From the sequence record SRR20825019_1459: DNA of 44,584 nucleotides. One strand, written 5' to 3'. Both the position numbers and the translations under genes were made by a program. Below the pieces are notes generated by a model that searched no databases, was not told where the DNA came from, and saw nothing but the letters and a program-made list of their open reading frames with translations. Shown here in pieces: positions 27,666-36,405 of this stretch (the first letter of the stretch is position 1; every line of letters begins with the position of its first letter).

Positions 27666-28844
27666 TCAGATCACAGCGTATTGCGCGGTGTTGTGTTCAA
27701 TACACCGTTCGCGCGGGAACACCACCTTGGCGTCGGTGCCGTCGCCAACCTTGCTTTTGAGGATAAATTCGCCGCCATGGGCATCAACAAACGCCTTCAC
27801 CAGCGGCAGGCCAAGCCCGGTGCCGTCATGTTTGCGCGCGAGGCCCGTGTCTGCCTGCACAAAGGGCTGCATCACCCGCTTGAGCACATCAGGTGCCATA
27901 CCAGGTCCACTATCACCCACACAGAAGGCAATGCGTCCCCAGGGGTCTATCTGTTCGTTCACCACAACGGTGGAGCCTTCAGGCGAAAACTTGATCGCGT
28001 TGGAGATCAGGTTGATCAGCACCTGCTTGATCACCTGAATATCACCAAACAGGTCAAAGTTATGCGTATCCGATGTGTGCTTGAGCGTGATACCCCGCGC
28101 TTTGGCCATGCCTTCCATCATGCGGACAACCTGTTCAACAATCTCCCGCGGGGCCTCATAATCCTCCCTGAGCACAAAGGCACTGGCCTCCAGCTTGGAT
28201 AGGTCAAGGATAGAGTTGATCATGCCAAGAAGGTGCGAACCGCTGTCCCTGATATCCGAGATATAGGTTTGATGGTTGCGGATATCCCTGCCCCTCGCGT
28301 TTTCGCTCAGAATAAAATCGGCAAAACCGATGATCGCATTGAGGGGGGTCCTGAGTTCATGGCTCATGTTCGCGAGGAACTGGGTGCGGGTCCGCGTTGC
28401 GGCCTCGGCTTCCATGCGCGCCACATCCAGGTCGCGCATGCGCTGTTCCGCCCGCTGCATATTCACCTTCAGGAGCGTATAAGCCGTGCCAATGCCAACA
28501 TACACACCGTCTTCAACTACAATGAAGCCAGCCTGCAGCGAATCCTTGTTTTCACCAACAAGCGTTTTGTTCAACTGGTCAACCGTTACGGTGTGCTCAA
28601 TAATCAGCGGGCTGCTGTCCATCAGTTCCGCAACCGGGCGTTTCTCATAAAGCGGGCGGCCGTACCGGTCCGCCAGTTTGATCAGGAAATCAATGCGCTT
28701 AAGAAGCCCCACCGGCTTGTCACCGGTGACAACGGGAATAGCAACCAGATCCGGTTCCGTATGAAAGCGCTCATAGACCTCACCACATGTGGCATGCGGC
28801 GGGACCGGGGGGATGGGCATGGAAATAATGTTCGGGCTACTCAT
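27666..28844 (-). CDS. Cytoplasmic histidine kinase with an N-terminal CBS-like pair and a PleC/DivJ-type transmitter
   Basis: CBS-like (IPVV...KPVGLL.R, PV.ELMD..PLII, GFIVVEDG.YVGIG), FLANMSHELRTPLNAIIGF, NLISNAIKF, PFVQ, GTGLGLPL; RBS AGGAAG before ATG 28844. Confidence 0.85.
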   Translation of the reverse strand: MSSPNIISMPIPPVPPHATCGEVYERFHTEPDLVAIPVVTGDKPVGLLKRIDFLIKLADRYGRPLYEKRPVAELMDSSPLIIEHTVTVDQLNKTLVGENKDSLQAGFIVVEDGVYVGIGTAYTLLKVNMQRAEQRMRDLDVARMEAEAATRTRTQFLANMSHELRTPLNAIIGFADFILSENARGRDIRNHQTYISDIRDSGSHLLGMINSILDLSKLEASAFVLREDYEAPREIVEQVVRMMEGMAKARGITLKHTSDTHNFDLFGDIQVIKQVLINLISNAIKFSPEGSTVVVNEQIDPWGRIAFCVGDSGPGMAPDVLKRVMQPFVQADTGLARKHDGTGLGLPLVKAFVDAHGGEFILKSKVGDGTDAKVVFPRERCIEHNTAQYAVI

Positions 28845-28969
28845 ACAGTCTCTTCCTAACTTATCGGTCAAGATGCAGACAAAGCATTACGCAAACATGA
28901 CAATTTGGAAGAAGAGCACAAAAAACAGAAAATTTCGCGCGGGCCGCCTCGCGCGAAGAATTTTCCCGG

Positions 28970-29003
28970 TGTTCATCGCCTATTCAGCCTCAAATGCGAT
29001 ACT
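28970..29003 (+). promoter_or_regulatory. PhoP-box-like direct repeat plus -10-like hexamer upstream of the SlyB-like gene
   Basis: TGTTCA-tcgcc-TATTCA (28970-28986), 11 nt, then GATACT (28998-29003). Confidence 0.5.
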
Positions 29004-29093
29004 GACCCCCAGATGATGACCCCTAAATGCCTTCATTTGGTCGTTTTTCGCGCGCAATTTTGACCAGAGGAAAGCTAGTGAGGACAAATAAGT

Positions 29094-29681
29094 ATGAAAC
29101 CCCCATATAAAAAAATCGCGGCTCTAATACCGCTCGCCCTGATTACCACGGCCTGCACACAAAGCATGTCACCGCACCGGTACGATTCCCACGCAGTTGG
29201 TGAGGCCCGCAGGGTTGAACGCGGCGTTGTGGACAGCTACCGCTGGGTTGAAATCAACAGCCAAAGCGGTGTTGGCACCGCAGTGGGTGTTGGTGTAGGC
29301 GCAGCCGCCGGTTCAACCATCGGCAATGGCGGGGCCGAAAATGTCATCGGTGCCATTGGTGGCGCACTTCTTGGCGGGTTGCTTGGTAACAGCATCGACA
29401 AATCTGCCGGCCGCAAAAGCGGTTTTGAATATATGATCCGCACGGAAAGCGGTTCGCTTATCTCTATCGTGCAGCAAGATAGGCACCCGTTTGCCGAAGG
29501 CACACCTGTGATGGTGGTTTTCTCGCGTGATCGTAGCCGCGTGATCCTTGACCATAGCGCTTATGAAGACAACCGCGGTAATGGCCCAACGCGCTATGAG
29601 CCTGTACCAGCGATGGAGCCCTTTGGCGAGGAAGACGTGATTGAGCCTTCGAGCTCTGACACTCAGCCTACCTATAATTAG
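29094..29681 (+). CDS. SlyB/Pcp-like outer-membrane lipoprotein (glycine zipper 2TM)
   Basis: Lipobox-like TTAC, G..VG...GAAAGSTIG.G...GAIGGALLGGLLG, then EY.IR.E.G....IVQ. Confidence 0.88.
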   Translation: MKPPYKKIAALIPLALITTACTQSMSPHRYDSHAVGEARRVERGVVDSYRWVEINSQSGVGTAVGVGVGAAAGSTIGNGGAENVIGAIGGALLGGLLGNSIDKSAGRKSGFEYMIRTESGSLISIVQQDRHPFAEGTPVMVVFSRDRSRVILDHSAYEDNRGNGPTRYEPVPAMEPFGEEDVIEPSSSDTQPTYN

Positions 29682-29722
29682 GTTTCCTAATCAAATCACC
29701 ATTTTTGGCGGAATAGAATCAA

Positions 29723-29761
29723 CGGCACCAGGGGAGCAACTCCTTGGTGCCGCTTCTTTTT
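29723..29761 (+). terminator. Intrinsic terminator after the SlyB-like gene
   Basis: CGGCACCAGGGGAG-caa-CTCCTTGGTGCCG-CTTCTTTTT. Confidence 0.75.
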
Positions 29762-29933
29762 CAGGTAATTTTAATGTAATACTTTAAGTAAGCTGGCTCC
29801 GAACAGCCTCAGCAAAAGCCCTTGTTTTTGTTTTGTTAGCCTTTACAGAGTAATCTCGCACTGGCGTAAATATGGTAAGTCAGCTTAGGATAGACATTCA
29901 CCTCACATCAGGCACAGGAAAAACATCCCCTTT

Positions 29934-32114
29934 ATGTCGCGTTTCACTAGAAACTTTCTGTTCTGGTTTTCCCTCGGGATACTCACCATCGGCTTGGGTG
30001 CGATTTTTGCTGGAAAGCTCGCGATCGACAGCATAGACGCACAGTTCAAAGCATCAGAGCGACTAACTGTAGAATTAACCAGCCAATACCTGCGCGAAGA
30101 ATTCTCCAAGCCCGCCAGCCATATCCGCAGTGTGGTATTACTGGAGGACGCCGTACGCATAGCGGTATCCAGCGGTAACGCCGTTCGTAATCCGGTGATA
30201 GAAAATGCATTTGAGACGCTGCTCCTTAGAAACCCCAGCTATCTGCAGGCCCGGTGGTTGGGTGAAGACGGGTTGGAACTCGTACGGGTAGAAAGAGTTG
30301 GCCAGGATTCAGTAACCAGTTTGACCAGAAACGAACTGCAGGACAAAAGTCAGCGAGATTACGTCAAAGCTGCACTCGAATTGGGGCCGGGTGAACTGTT
30401 TGTCTCCCCACTGGACCTCAACGTTGAACAGGGAAAAATTCAGGAACCCTATGTGCCGGTGATACGCATTGCAGTGCGCGTGTTCACCTCTGAGGACAAA
30501 CCCGCAGGCATCTTTGTCCTAAACATTGGTGCACAAAGCCTTCTTGACCATCTGGCACAATTTTCGCCTGACAACAGCCCGATGCTGCTGAACGCAGACG
30601 GATACTGGCTGAAAGGCAAAAAACCTGAAGATGAGTGGGGTTTCATGTTTGATCGGGAAACGGGCCTCGCCTTCACCCATCCGGACGCGTGGCGTGCTAT
30701 TGCAGCCGAGCCTTCAGGACAACAGGAAACAAAAGCAGCCCTATGGACGTGGGAAACCATCGAGGTCGCTGCAGCCTCCATGCATGTGAAGCAAAATATA
30801 TCGCTGAAATCACTCACTATGGTTGATACGGAGACCTTGCAGGCTGCCAGAATAGCAAAGTTGACGCCCATTATCCTGGTGGCCGGGATCATCGCCGCCC
30901 TGTTTGGTTCTGGGCTTTATCGCCTTCTCAGGGAAGTTAAGAGCCGCCACAAAGCCGAGATAGAAGCCTTGGCTGCAAGCGAGGCCAAAAGCAGCTTCCT
31001 TGCGACCATGAGCCATGAGATCAGAACCCCGATGGCCGGGGTGATTGGCCTATCGGATATGTTGATTGACAGCGACCTGTCTGAGGAAAACCTGTTCAAG
31101 GCAAAAAGGATCAAGGAAACCGGGAAGGCGCTTCTTCGCATCATCAACGATATTCTCGACCTCTCAAAACTGGATGCCGGTAAATTTGTTATAGAGCCGG
31201 TCAACTTCCGCCCGTTAGATGTCGCCGACGACGTGGTGCGGCTGTTTTACATGACCTGCCCACCAGAGAAAAAATCCAAGTTGCACATTACCGCCAACGT
31301 GACAGATGACTTTCCCGCCGTGGTGCGCGCAGACCCTACGCGCTTGCGCCAAGTACTCGTCAACCTACTTGGCAACGCGGTCAAATTTACCGACGAAGGT
31401 ACAGTCAGCCTTGTTTGCAACCATGACAAAGACCAGCAACGGTTGGTTTTTAAAGTGGTTGATACAGGCATAGGCATGAATGAAAAAACAGCCGCCAACC
31501 TGTTTCAGGACTTTGTGCAAGCCGACCCGTCCATCAGCCGGAAATACCACGGCACAGGACTGGGGCTGGCGGTGTGCAAACGGTTGGTTGAATGTATGGG
31601 CGGTGAAATCGGCGTTACAAGCGAGCTCGGCAAAGGAAGCTGTTTCAAATTTTCCATACCTTATGAGCCAGCGGACGCTGAAGAAGATGTCGAGGAAAAT
31701 GCCATCACGGCAGACATGCATCTGCCTGACCTTCGCGCGCTTTCCATCCTTGTTGCCGAAGACAATGAGATCAACCAGATGATCATCAAGGGCTTGATGA
31801 AAAAGCTCGGCCATGAATGTGTGATCGCCAGCGACGGACAGAAAGCTTTCGAGCAAGTGAGAGACGGTGACTTTGATCTTGTATTGATGGACGTACGTAT
31901 GCCGTTTGTTTCTGGCCCCGAGGCAACGCAAATGATCCGCAAACTTCCGGGATACAAGGGAAAAATACCTGTGATCGCTCTTACGGCCGACCTGATCGCA
32001 GAAAACAAGGCATCCTATCTGGAAGCGGGCATGAACGACTGTGTTGGCAAACCCATTGACCAGAACGAGTTGGAAGCAGCCATCGCCCAAGCTGTTTGTG
32101 CTGTTGCTCGTTAG
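29934..32114 (+). CDS. Membrane hybrid histidine kinase (periplasmic Cache-like sensor-HisKA-HATPase-REC)
   Basis: Two TM segments, LQDKS.R.Y...SPLDLN.E.G....PY.P.IR Cache-like motif, FLATMSHEIRTPM, NAVKFT, GTGLGL, receiver DLVLMDVRMP. Confidence 0.92.
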   Translation: MSRFTRNFLFWFSLGILTIGLGAIFAGKLAIDSIDAQFKASERLTVELTSQYLREEFSKPASHIRSVVLLEDAVRIAVSSGNAVRNPVIENAFETLLLRNPSYLQARWLGEDGLELVRVERVGQDSVTSLTRNELQDKSQRDYVKAALELGPGELFVSPLDLNVEQGKIQEPYVPVIRIAVRVFTSEDKPAGIFVLNIGAQSLLDHLAQFSPDNSPMLLNADGYWLKGKKPEDEWGFMFDRETGLAFTHPDAWRAIAAEPSGQQETKAALWTWETIEVAAASMHVKQNISLKSLTMVDTETLQAARIAKLTPIILVAGIIAALFGSGLYRLLREVKSRHKAEIEALAASEAKSSFLATMSHEIRTPMAGVIGLSDMLIDSDLSEENLFKAKRIKETGKALLRIINDILDLSKLDAGKFVIEPVNFRPLDVADDVVRLFYMTCPPEKKSKLHITANVTDDFPAVVRADPTRLRQVLVNLLGNAVKFTDEGTVSLVCNHDKDQQRLVFKVVDTGIGMNEKTAANLFQDFVQADPSISRKYHGTGLGLAVCKRLVECMGGEIGVTSELGKGSCFKFSIPYEPADAEEDVEENAITADMHLPDLRALSILVAEDNEINQMIIKGLMKKLGHECVIASDGQKAFEQVRDGDFDLVLMDVRMPFVSGPEATQMIRKLPGYKGKIPVIALTADLIAENKASYLEAGMNDCVGKPIDQNELEAAIAQAVCAVAR

Positions 32115-32141
32115 AACTTCCCACAGGCAGCAACTGGCAAT

Positions 32142-32169
32142 AAAAAAGCGGCCCCGGAAGGCCGCTTTT
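32142..32169. terminator. Bidirectional intrinsic terminator
   Basis: AAAAAAGCGGCC-ccggaa-GGCCGCTTTT. Confidence 0.75.
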
Positions 32170-32193
32170 CATCACACCCGACTAAACTGGTGA

Positions 32194-33588
32194 TTATTTA
32201 TATTCCACCGTCCAGCGGCGACAAACATAATTGCCGCCCCGCACATCATATTCGATGCACTTACGAACTTCTTCGCGTGGTGGTGCATAGCCTTCATTCT
32301 CATAATGATAGATCGTTGGGTCATCATCATGATAGTCGGCCGTGTAGCGATAGTTGCTGCTGACAGTCCGGCTGTTGTTACTGCTTTTGGCGATAGAGTT
32401 ACCCACCGTCGCACCAAGAAGCGAGCCAATCACGATACCCGCAGTGCGGTTACGCCCACCATCAATCTCCGAGCCCAGGATACCACCAACAACACCGCCA
32501 AGGATTGTGCCTGCAACCTCGTTGCCTGCGTTTGACGAATATCCGGCATAATAAGGCTCATCATAATGGTAGCTCGCCTGATAGCCATGGCTCAGGCCAG
32601 GGCAATAGCCACCATAGTGGTAGTGGCTGTGGTGCGTGTGCCACGCCCAGTGAGAGCGTGCATGCCAGTAGCCTGAATAGAACGGCCAGTCGCTATAGCT
32701 ATAGTGACCATAATAAGGGCGGCCCCAATAGCCATAAGGGTTTGTGCCCAGGCCAATGTAAATACGTGTTTTCGGGCGATCCCGATAGCGGTGATGCCAA
32801 CCGTTTTTACGGCCACGGTCATGATCCCGGTAACGATTATGATTGCCGCGATAGTTATGGTCCCGGTCGCGATGGTCACCGCGTGAACGATGGTCATTGC
32901 CTCTCCCACGGCCATTATCTGACGACACGTGACGCCCGCGGTCGCGGCCACCGTTCCAGTTTTGCTGGCCATCATGGCGGCGCTGCCCGTAATTCACGGG
33001 TACGCGGCTAACATCCCGCTTTTTGGTGTTGGTAAATGACTTATTGGCTTGCATCACGTCGCGGCGGTCTGGTGTGCGGGCCCGAACAGGGCGATCCTGC
33101 CGGTTAACCGAACGATCACGCGCCTCGCGGGTTTCCCGAACGTTACGCACCCGTTCCCGATCTGCGCGGGCAACCACTGCGTGGCGTTGGCGATACCCGT
33201 CGGTGTTTTGTGCCCGTACATTGCGCGCCTGGCGGTCCGCTCTGGGTTGGCGGTCTGCACGAGTTGCAGCCTGACGCTGCGCACGGTTTGGGGACGCAAT
33301 ATCCCGCCTGTCCGGCGCTGCGAGCTGACGCTGACGGCGCTGTTGTGGCGCTGCCTGTTCGCGGCGCGGCTGCGGGGCGGCACGTTGCCGTTCGCGTCGC
33401 GGTTCGCTCTGGCGTGCGCGCTGTCTCTGCGCTTGCTGCCTTTGGGCTTGCTGCCTTTGGGCTTGCGGTTTCGCCGTGCTTTCTTTTCTGTATTTCTCGC
33501 GGCGCTCGTCTTTACTGTCCGCAAAGCTCGGTACGCTAGGCACCAATATTGCCACGGTCGATAACAAGAGCAGAGATTTTCTAAACAT
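32194..33588 (-). CDS. Secreted low-complexity protein with a C-terminal glycine-zipper 2TM domain
   Basis: RBS GGAGG before ATG 33588, signal peptide (SFA-D), Arg/Gln-rich region, His/Tyr/Gly/Trp-rich region, AGTILGGVVGGILGSEIDGG.NRTAG.VIG.LLGA.VG. Confidence 0.82.
   Translation of the reverse strand: MFRKSLLLLSTVAILVPSVPSFADSKDERREKYRKESTAKPQAQRQQAQRQQAQRQRARQSEPRRERQRAAPQPRREQAAPQQRRQRQLAAPDRRDIASPNRAQRQAATRADRQPRADRQARNVRAQNTDGYRQRHAVVARADRERVRNVRETREARDRSVNRQDRPVRARTPDRRDVMQANKSFTNTKKRDVSRVPVNYGQRRHDGQQNWNGGRDRGRHVSSDNGRGRGNDHRSRGDHRDRDHNYRGNHNRYRDHDRGRKNGWHHRYRDRPKTRIYIGLGTNPYGYWGRPYYGHYSYSDWPFYSGYWHARSHWAWHTHHSHYHYGGYCPGLSHGYQASYHYDEPYYAGYSSNAGNEVAGTILGGVVGGILGSEIDGGRNRTAGIVIGSLLGATVGNSIAKSSNNSRTVSSNYRYTADYHDDDPTIYHYENEGYAPPREEVRKCIEYDVRGGNYVCRRWTVEYK
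33431..33466. repeat. In-frame 15-bp tandem repeat encoding (QAQRQ)n
   Basis: GCTTGCTGCCTTTGG x2 plus a partial third copy. Confidence 0.85.
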
Positions 33589-33613
33589 ATCAACCTCCAT
33601 TAGGGTTGTTCGA

Positions 33614-33648
33614 AGTTTAGCCATTGTAAACTGAACACTGCATGAACC
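33614..33648 (-). promoter_or_regulatory. PhoP-box-like direct repeat plus -10 hexamer upstream of the low-complexity glycine-zipper gene
   Basis: Minus strand GGTTCA-tgcag-TGTTCA, 12 nt, then TAAACT. Confidence 0.6.
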
Positions 33649-33660
33649 TGCGCGCAGGCT

Positions 33661-34083
33661 CTATTTCACCTTCCGTGGCGGTCCTGCGGTGTGCAAATAG
33701 TGCGCATCCACCGGTATACGATGCGCCGGGTTATAGAATATATCATCACCACGCCGCTGGGCTTCATCACGCGCTTTCGCGCGCTCTTCCACCCGCCAGC
33801 GCTCTTCCCGCTGTTGGGAAAGCGCCGCACCAAGCACACCACCACCGATCGCGCCTGCCGTATCGGCAATCTCGTTGCCGATCAGCGCACCGGAGAGCGT
33901 GCCAAGCGCCAATGCCCACGCGGGGCTTTGTTCGCGCACCTGGTATTTTTCAAAACTGGCCGAAGCTTTAGGGTCTGGGCTCAACAGGTCACAAGCATTG
34001 CCGTCACAGGCACCATCTTGTGCGCCTGCCCCGCCACCTGCAAGAAGTAGCACCGTTAATATGCCAATCGCTCGTGTTCGCAT
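33661..34083 (-). CDS. Small secreted glycine-zipper protein
   Basis: RBS GAGGAGG, signal peptide (AGA-Q), C-x4-C, LGTLSGALIGNEIA..AGAIGGGVLGAAL. Confidence 0.75.
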   Translation of the reverse strand: MRTRAIGILTVLLLAGGGAGAQDGACDGNACDLLSPDPKASASFEKYQVREQSPAWALALGTLSGALIGNEIADTAGAIGGGVLGAALSQQREERWRVEERAKARDEAQRRGDDIFYNPAHRIPVDAHYLHTAGPPRKVK

Positions 34084-34149
34084 GTCAGCCTCCTCATAAG
34101 GCTAACATGGGAATGGCTAATGGCAAAATTGTGGCGCACCTATAAATAT

Positions 34150-36405
34150 CTATGCGGAGAGCTGGTCCGCGATCGGCAACCGGCGTATGCGTTTGCCTGT
34201 GGCGCGGTAAATCGCGCCCATCAATGCAGGCGCAAAGGGCGGCATCGCAGGTTCCCCCATGCCCGTTGGGCTGTCAGCCCCTTCAATGATATGGATATCG
34301 ATCTCTTTCACACTGCGGTCCATCCGCGCCATATCATATTCATGGAAGTTGCTCTGCTGTACAGCCGCGTTCACCACCGTGATTTCCTGCCCCAGCGCCA
34401 CAGAAAGCGCATCATGGATTGCTCCTTCAATCTGCGCCCGCACACCATTCGGGTTCACCACAAGCCCGCAATCTGCGGCGGAGGTTACCTTGTCAACGGT
34501 GATGTGCCCGTCATCATCCACACGCGCTTCAACCACATGGGCCACATAGCTTTGGTGCGAATAATAACCCGCGATGCCCATGCCGTGGCCTTTGGGCAGT
34601 TTTTTGCCCCAGCCGGCTTTCTCTGCTGCCAGCCGGTAGCACGCCGCCATGCGGCCTGTGTCCATGGGGTATTCTTCTGTGCCATAGGTGCGGGGGTCCC
34701 CAAGTACAGAGAGCATGAACTCAAGCGTGTCCTTGCCCGCCATCTCAGCCAATTCGTCCAGAAAACTGAGCTGGGCGAAGGCTGAGTTGATGCTGCCTGG
34801 CGCACGCCATGGCCCGCGCGGTACGGGGCCGGGGAAAAACTTCTGCTTCATCACATGGTTCGGGATAATGCCGGTCTCGAAATTAAAACCGGTCAGGTCC
34901 TCATACATCCAGCCAACGGGCGGCAGCACGTCAGGATCAAATGATTGGTAGGGGCTGGCCTGCATCTCCTCAAGCGCGGTCAGCTTGCCGTTTTTATCCA
35001 CCCCGCCCCTGAGCTTATAGTTGTTGGCGGCGCGGTAGCGGCACTGGGTCAGCTCATCCTCGCGCATCCAGGTCACCTTCACCGGTTTTCTGACTGTCAT
35101 TGAAAGCCACACCGCTTCAGCCACATAATCCCGGTTATAGCGTCGCCCGAAGGAACCGCCGGGCCGTCCCAGCTCAACATGGATGTTTTCGGCTGGAATG
35201 CCGCTGATGATGCTGGCGATATCCTGCACACGACCAAGCGACTGGGTCGGGGCCTTCACGAACGCCTCATTTAGGCGCACGTCCGCGACCGTAGAATGCG
35301 GCTCCATCAATGCGTGGGCGATATGGCGCACCGTATAGATCGCTTCATGGGTTTGCGCGGCCTCACCAAAGGCGGTCTCCACGTCACCAAAGTTGCGCAC
35401 GTTGCCATCGTAGTCGAGCACATCAAAGCCTTCACCTGACGCCAGCATCGCATGGCTGCGCGCCTCAGCTTCCGCAGAGGAATATCCAGCATAAGGCCCT
35501 GCGTCCCACTCAATCTCCAGAAGCTCACGTGCTTTTTTTGCAGCCCACAGGCTGTCTGCCACCACCGCCACACCGGCCACCAGCTCTTCCACCACCGGGC
35601 TATCGGGCGCCTGCCACTCCATGATAATGATGTCGTGCACACCGGCCACCTGCCGCGCGGCACTATCATCCAGCATGCGCACCTGTCCACGGAAATGCGG
35701 GCAGCGCTCAATCACTGCATGCAACATGCCCTCTGTTTGCTGGTCTATCCCGAAAACCGCTTTGCCCTTTATGATATCCGGCACTGCTTTCATGCGTTTT
35801 GCTGTGCCGATAATTCTATAGTCTTTCCGGGCCTTGAGGGGCACATCGTCACGTGGGCTGAGTTTCGCCACATCATCCAAAAGGTGAGCGTACTTCAGGC
35901 TCTTGCCGCTCATGGGGTTTTTCACCACCGCTTTCTCAGTGATGAGGCCGGTTGGCGCCACACCCCAGCGACCAGCGGCGGCGCGCACGAACATATCACG
36001 CCCCTGCGCGCCGATAGTGCGGAGCGGCTCCCAGCCGTACCGGGTGCTCACACTGCCGCCCGCGCCCTGTATGTGGTAGCGGTAGCGCATCTGGCCCTCC
36101 GCGTTTCTTGAACGCCTGAGCGGCAGCGTATCCACCGTTACGCGCTCCCAATCCAGATCAAACTCTTCCGCCAGAATCATTGGCATACTGGTGGAAGTGC
36201 CCTGTCCCATATCCGGCGTTACGTTCATGATCGTCGCGCTGTTATCCGCATGAATGATAAGAAGCGGCACTGTCATGCCGTCAACCTGATAGGTCAGTTC
36301 CTGCTGGGAAGCCGCGAAAAGCGCACGCGGCACCATAAGTGTAAGCGCGCCAGATGCCAGCACCAGTTTCAGCGCCGTGCGGCGGTTGGTTTCAAATTTG
36401 GTCAT
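34150..36405 (-). CDS. Molybdopterin-binding large subunit, xanthine dehydrogenase family (IorB-like), Tat-exported
   Basis: Tat motif NRRTALK, DMGQG, LAEE.D..W, H..MEP, GGSFGRR, W.REDE, WRAP, DCG.VVNP, G.GEP..PP.APA. Confidence 0.9.
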   Translation of the reverse strand: MTKFETNRRTALKLVLASGALTLMVPRALFAASQQELTYQVDGMTVPLLIIHADNSATIMNVTPDMGQGTSTSMPMILAEEFDLDWERVTVDTLPLRRSRNAEGQMRYRYHIQGAGGSVSTRYGWEPLRTIGAQGRDMFVRAAAGRWGVAPTGLITEKAVVKNPMSGKSLKYAHLLDDVAKLSPRDDVPLKARKDYRIIGTAKRMKAVPDIIKGKAVFGIDQQTEGMLHAVIERCPHFRGQVRMLDDSAARQVAGVHDIIIMEWQAPDSPVVEELVAGVAVVADSLWAAKKARELLEIEWDAGPYAGYSSAEAEARSHAMLASGEGFDVLDYDGNVRNFGDVETAFGEAAQTHEAIYTVRHIAHALMEPHSTVADVRLNEAFVKAPTQSLGRVQDIASIISGIPAENIHVELGRPGGSFGRRYNRDYVAEAVWLSMTVRKPVKVTWMREDELTQCRYRAANNYKLRGGVDKNGKLTALEEMQASPYQSFDPDVLPPVGWMYEDLTGFNFETGIIPNHVMKQKFFPGPVPRGPWRAPGSINSAFAQLSFLDELAEMAGKDTLEFMLSVLGDPRTYGTEEYPMDTGRMAACYRLAAEKAGWGKKLPKGHGMGIAGYYSHQSYVAHVVEARVDDDGHITVDKVTSAADCGLVVNPNGVRAQIEGAIHDALSVALGQEITVVNAAVQQSNFHEYDMARMDRSVKEIDIHIIEGADSPTGMGEPAMPPFAPALMGAIYRATGKRIRRLPIADQLSA

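Noticed and set aside
28928..28965. Inverted repeat GAAAATTTCGCGCG...CGCGCGAAGAATTTTC as terminator or MITE
   Set aside because: Lies between divergent genes where no terminator is needed and is single-copy in the window; could be a TF site but unsupported
29768..29790. CtrA box upstream of the Cache kinase
   Set aside because: TTAA half-sites are 9 nt apart in an AT-rich tract where such matches are expected by chance
33431..33466. Tandem repeat as CRISPR or phase-variation tract
   Set aside because: No spacers; the 15-bp unit is in frame, so slippage would not switch expression
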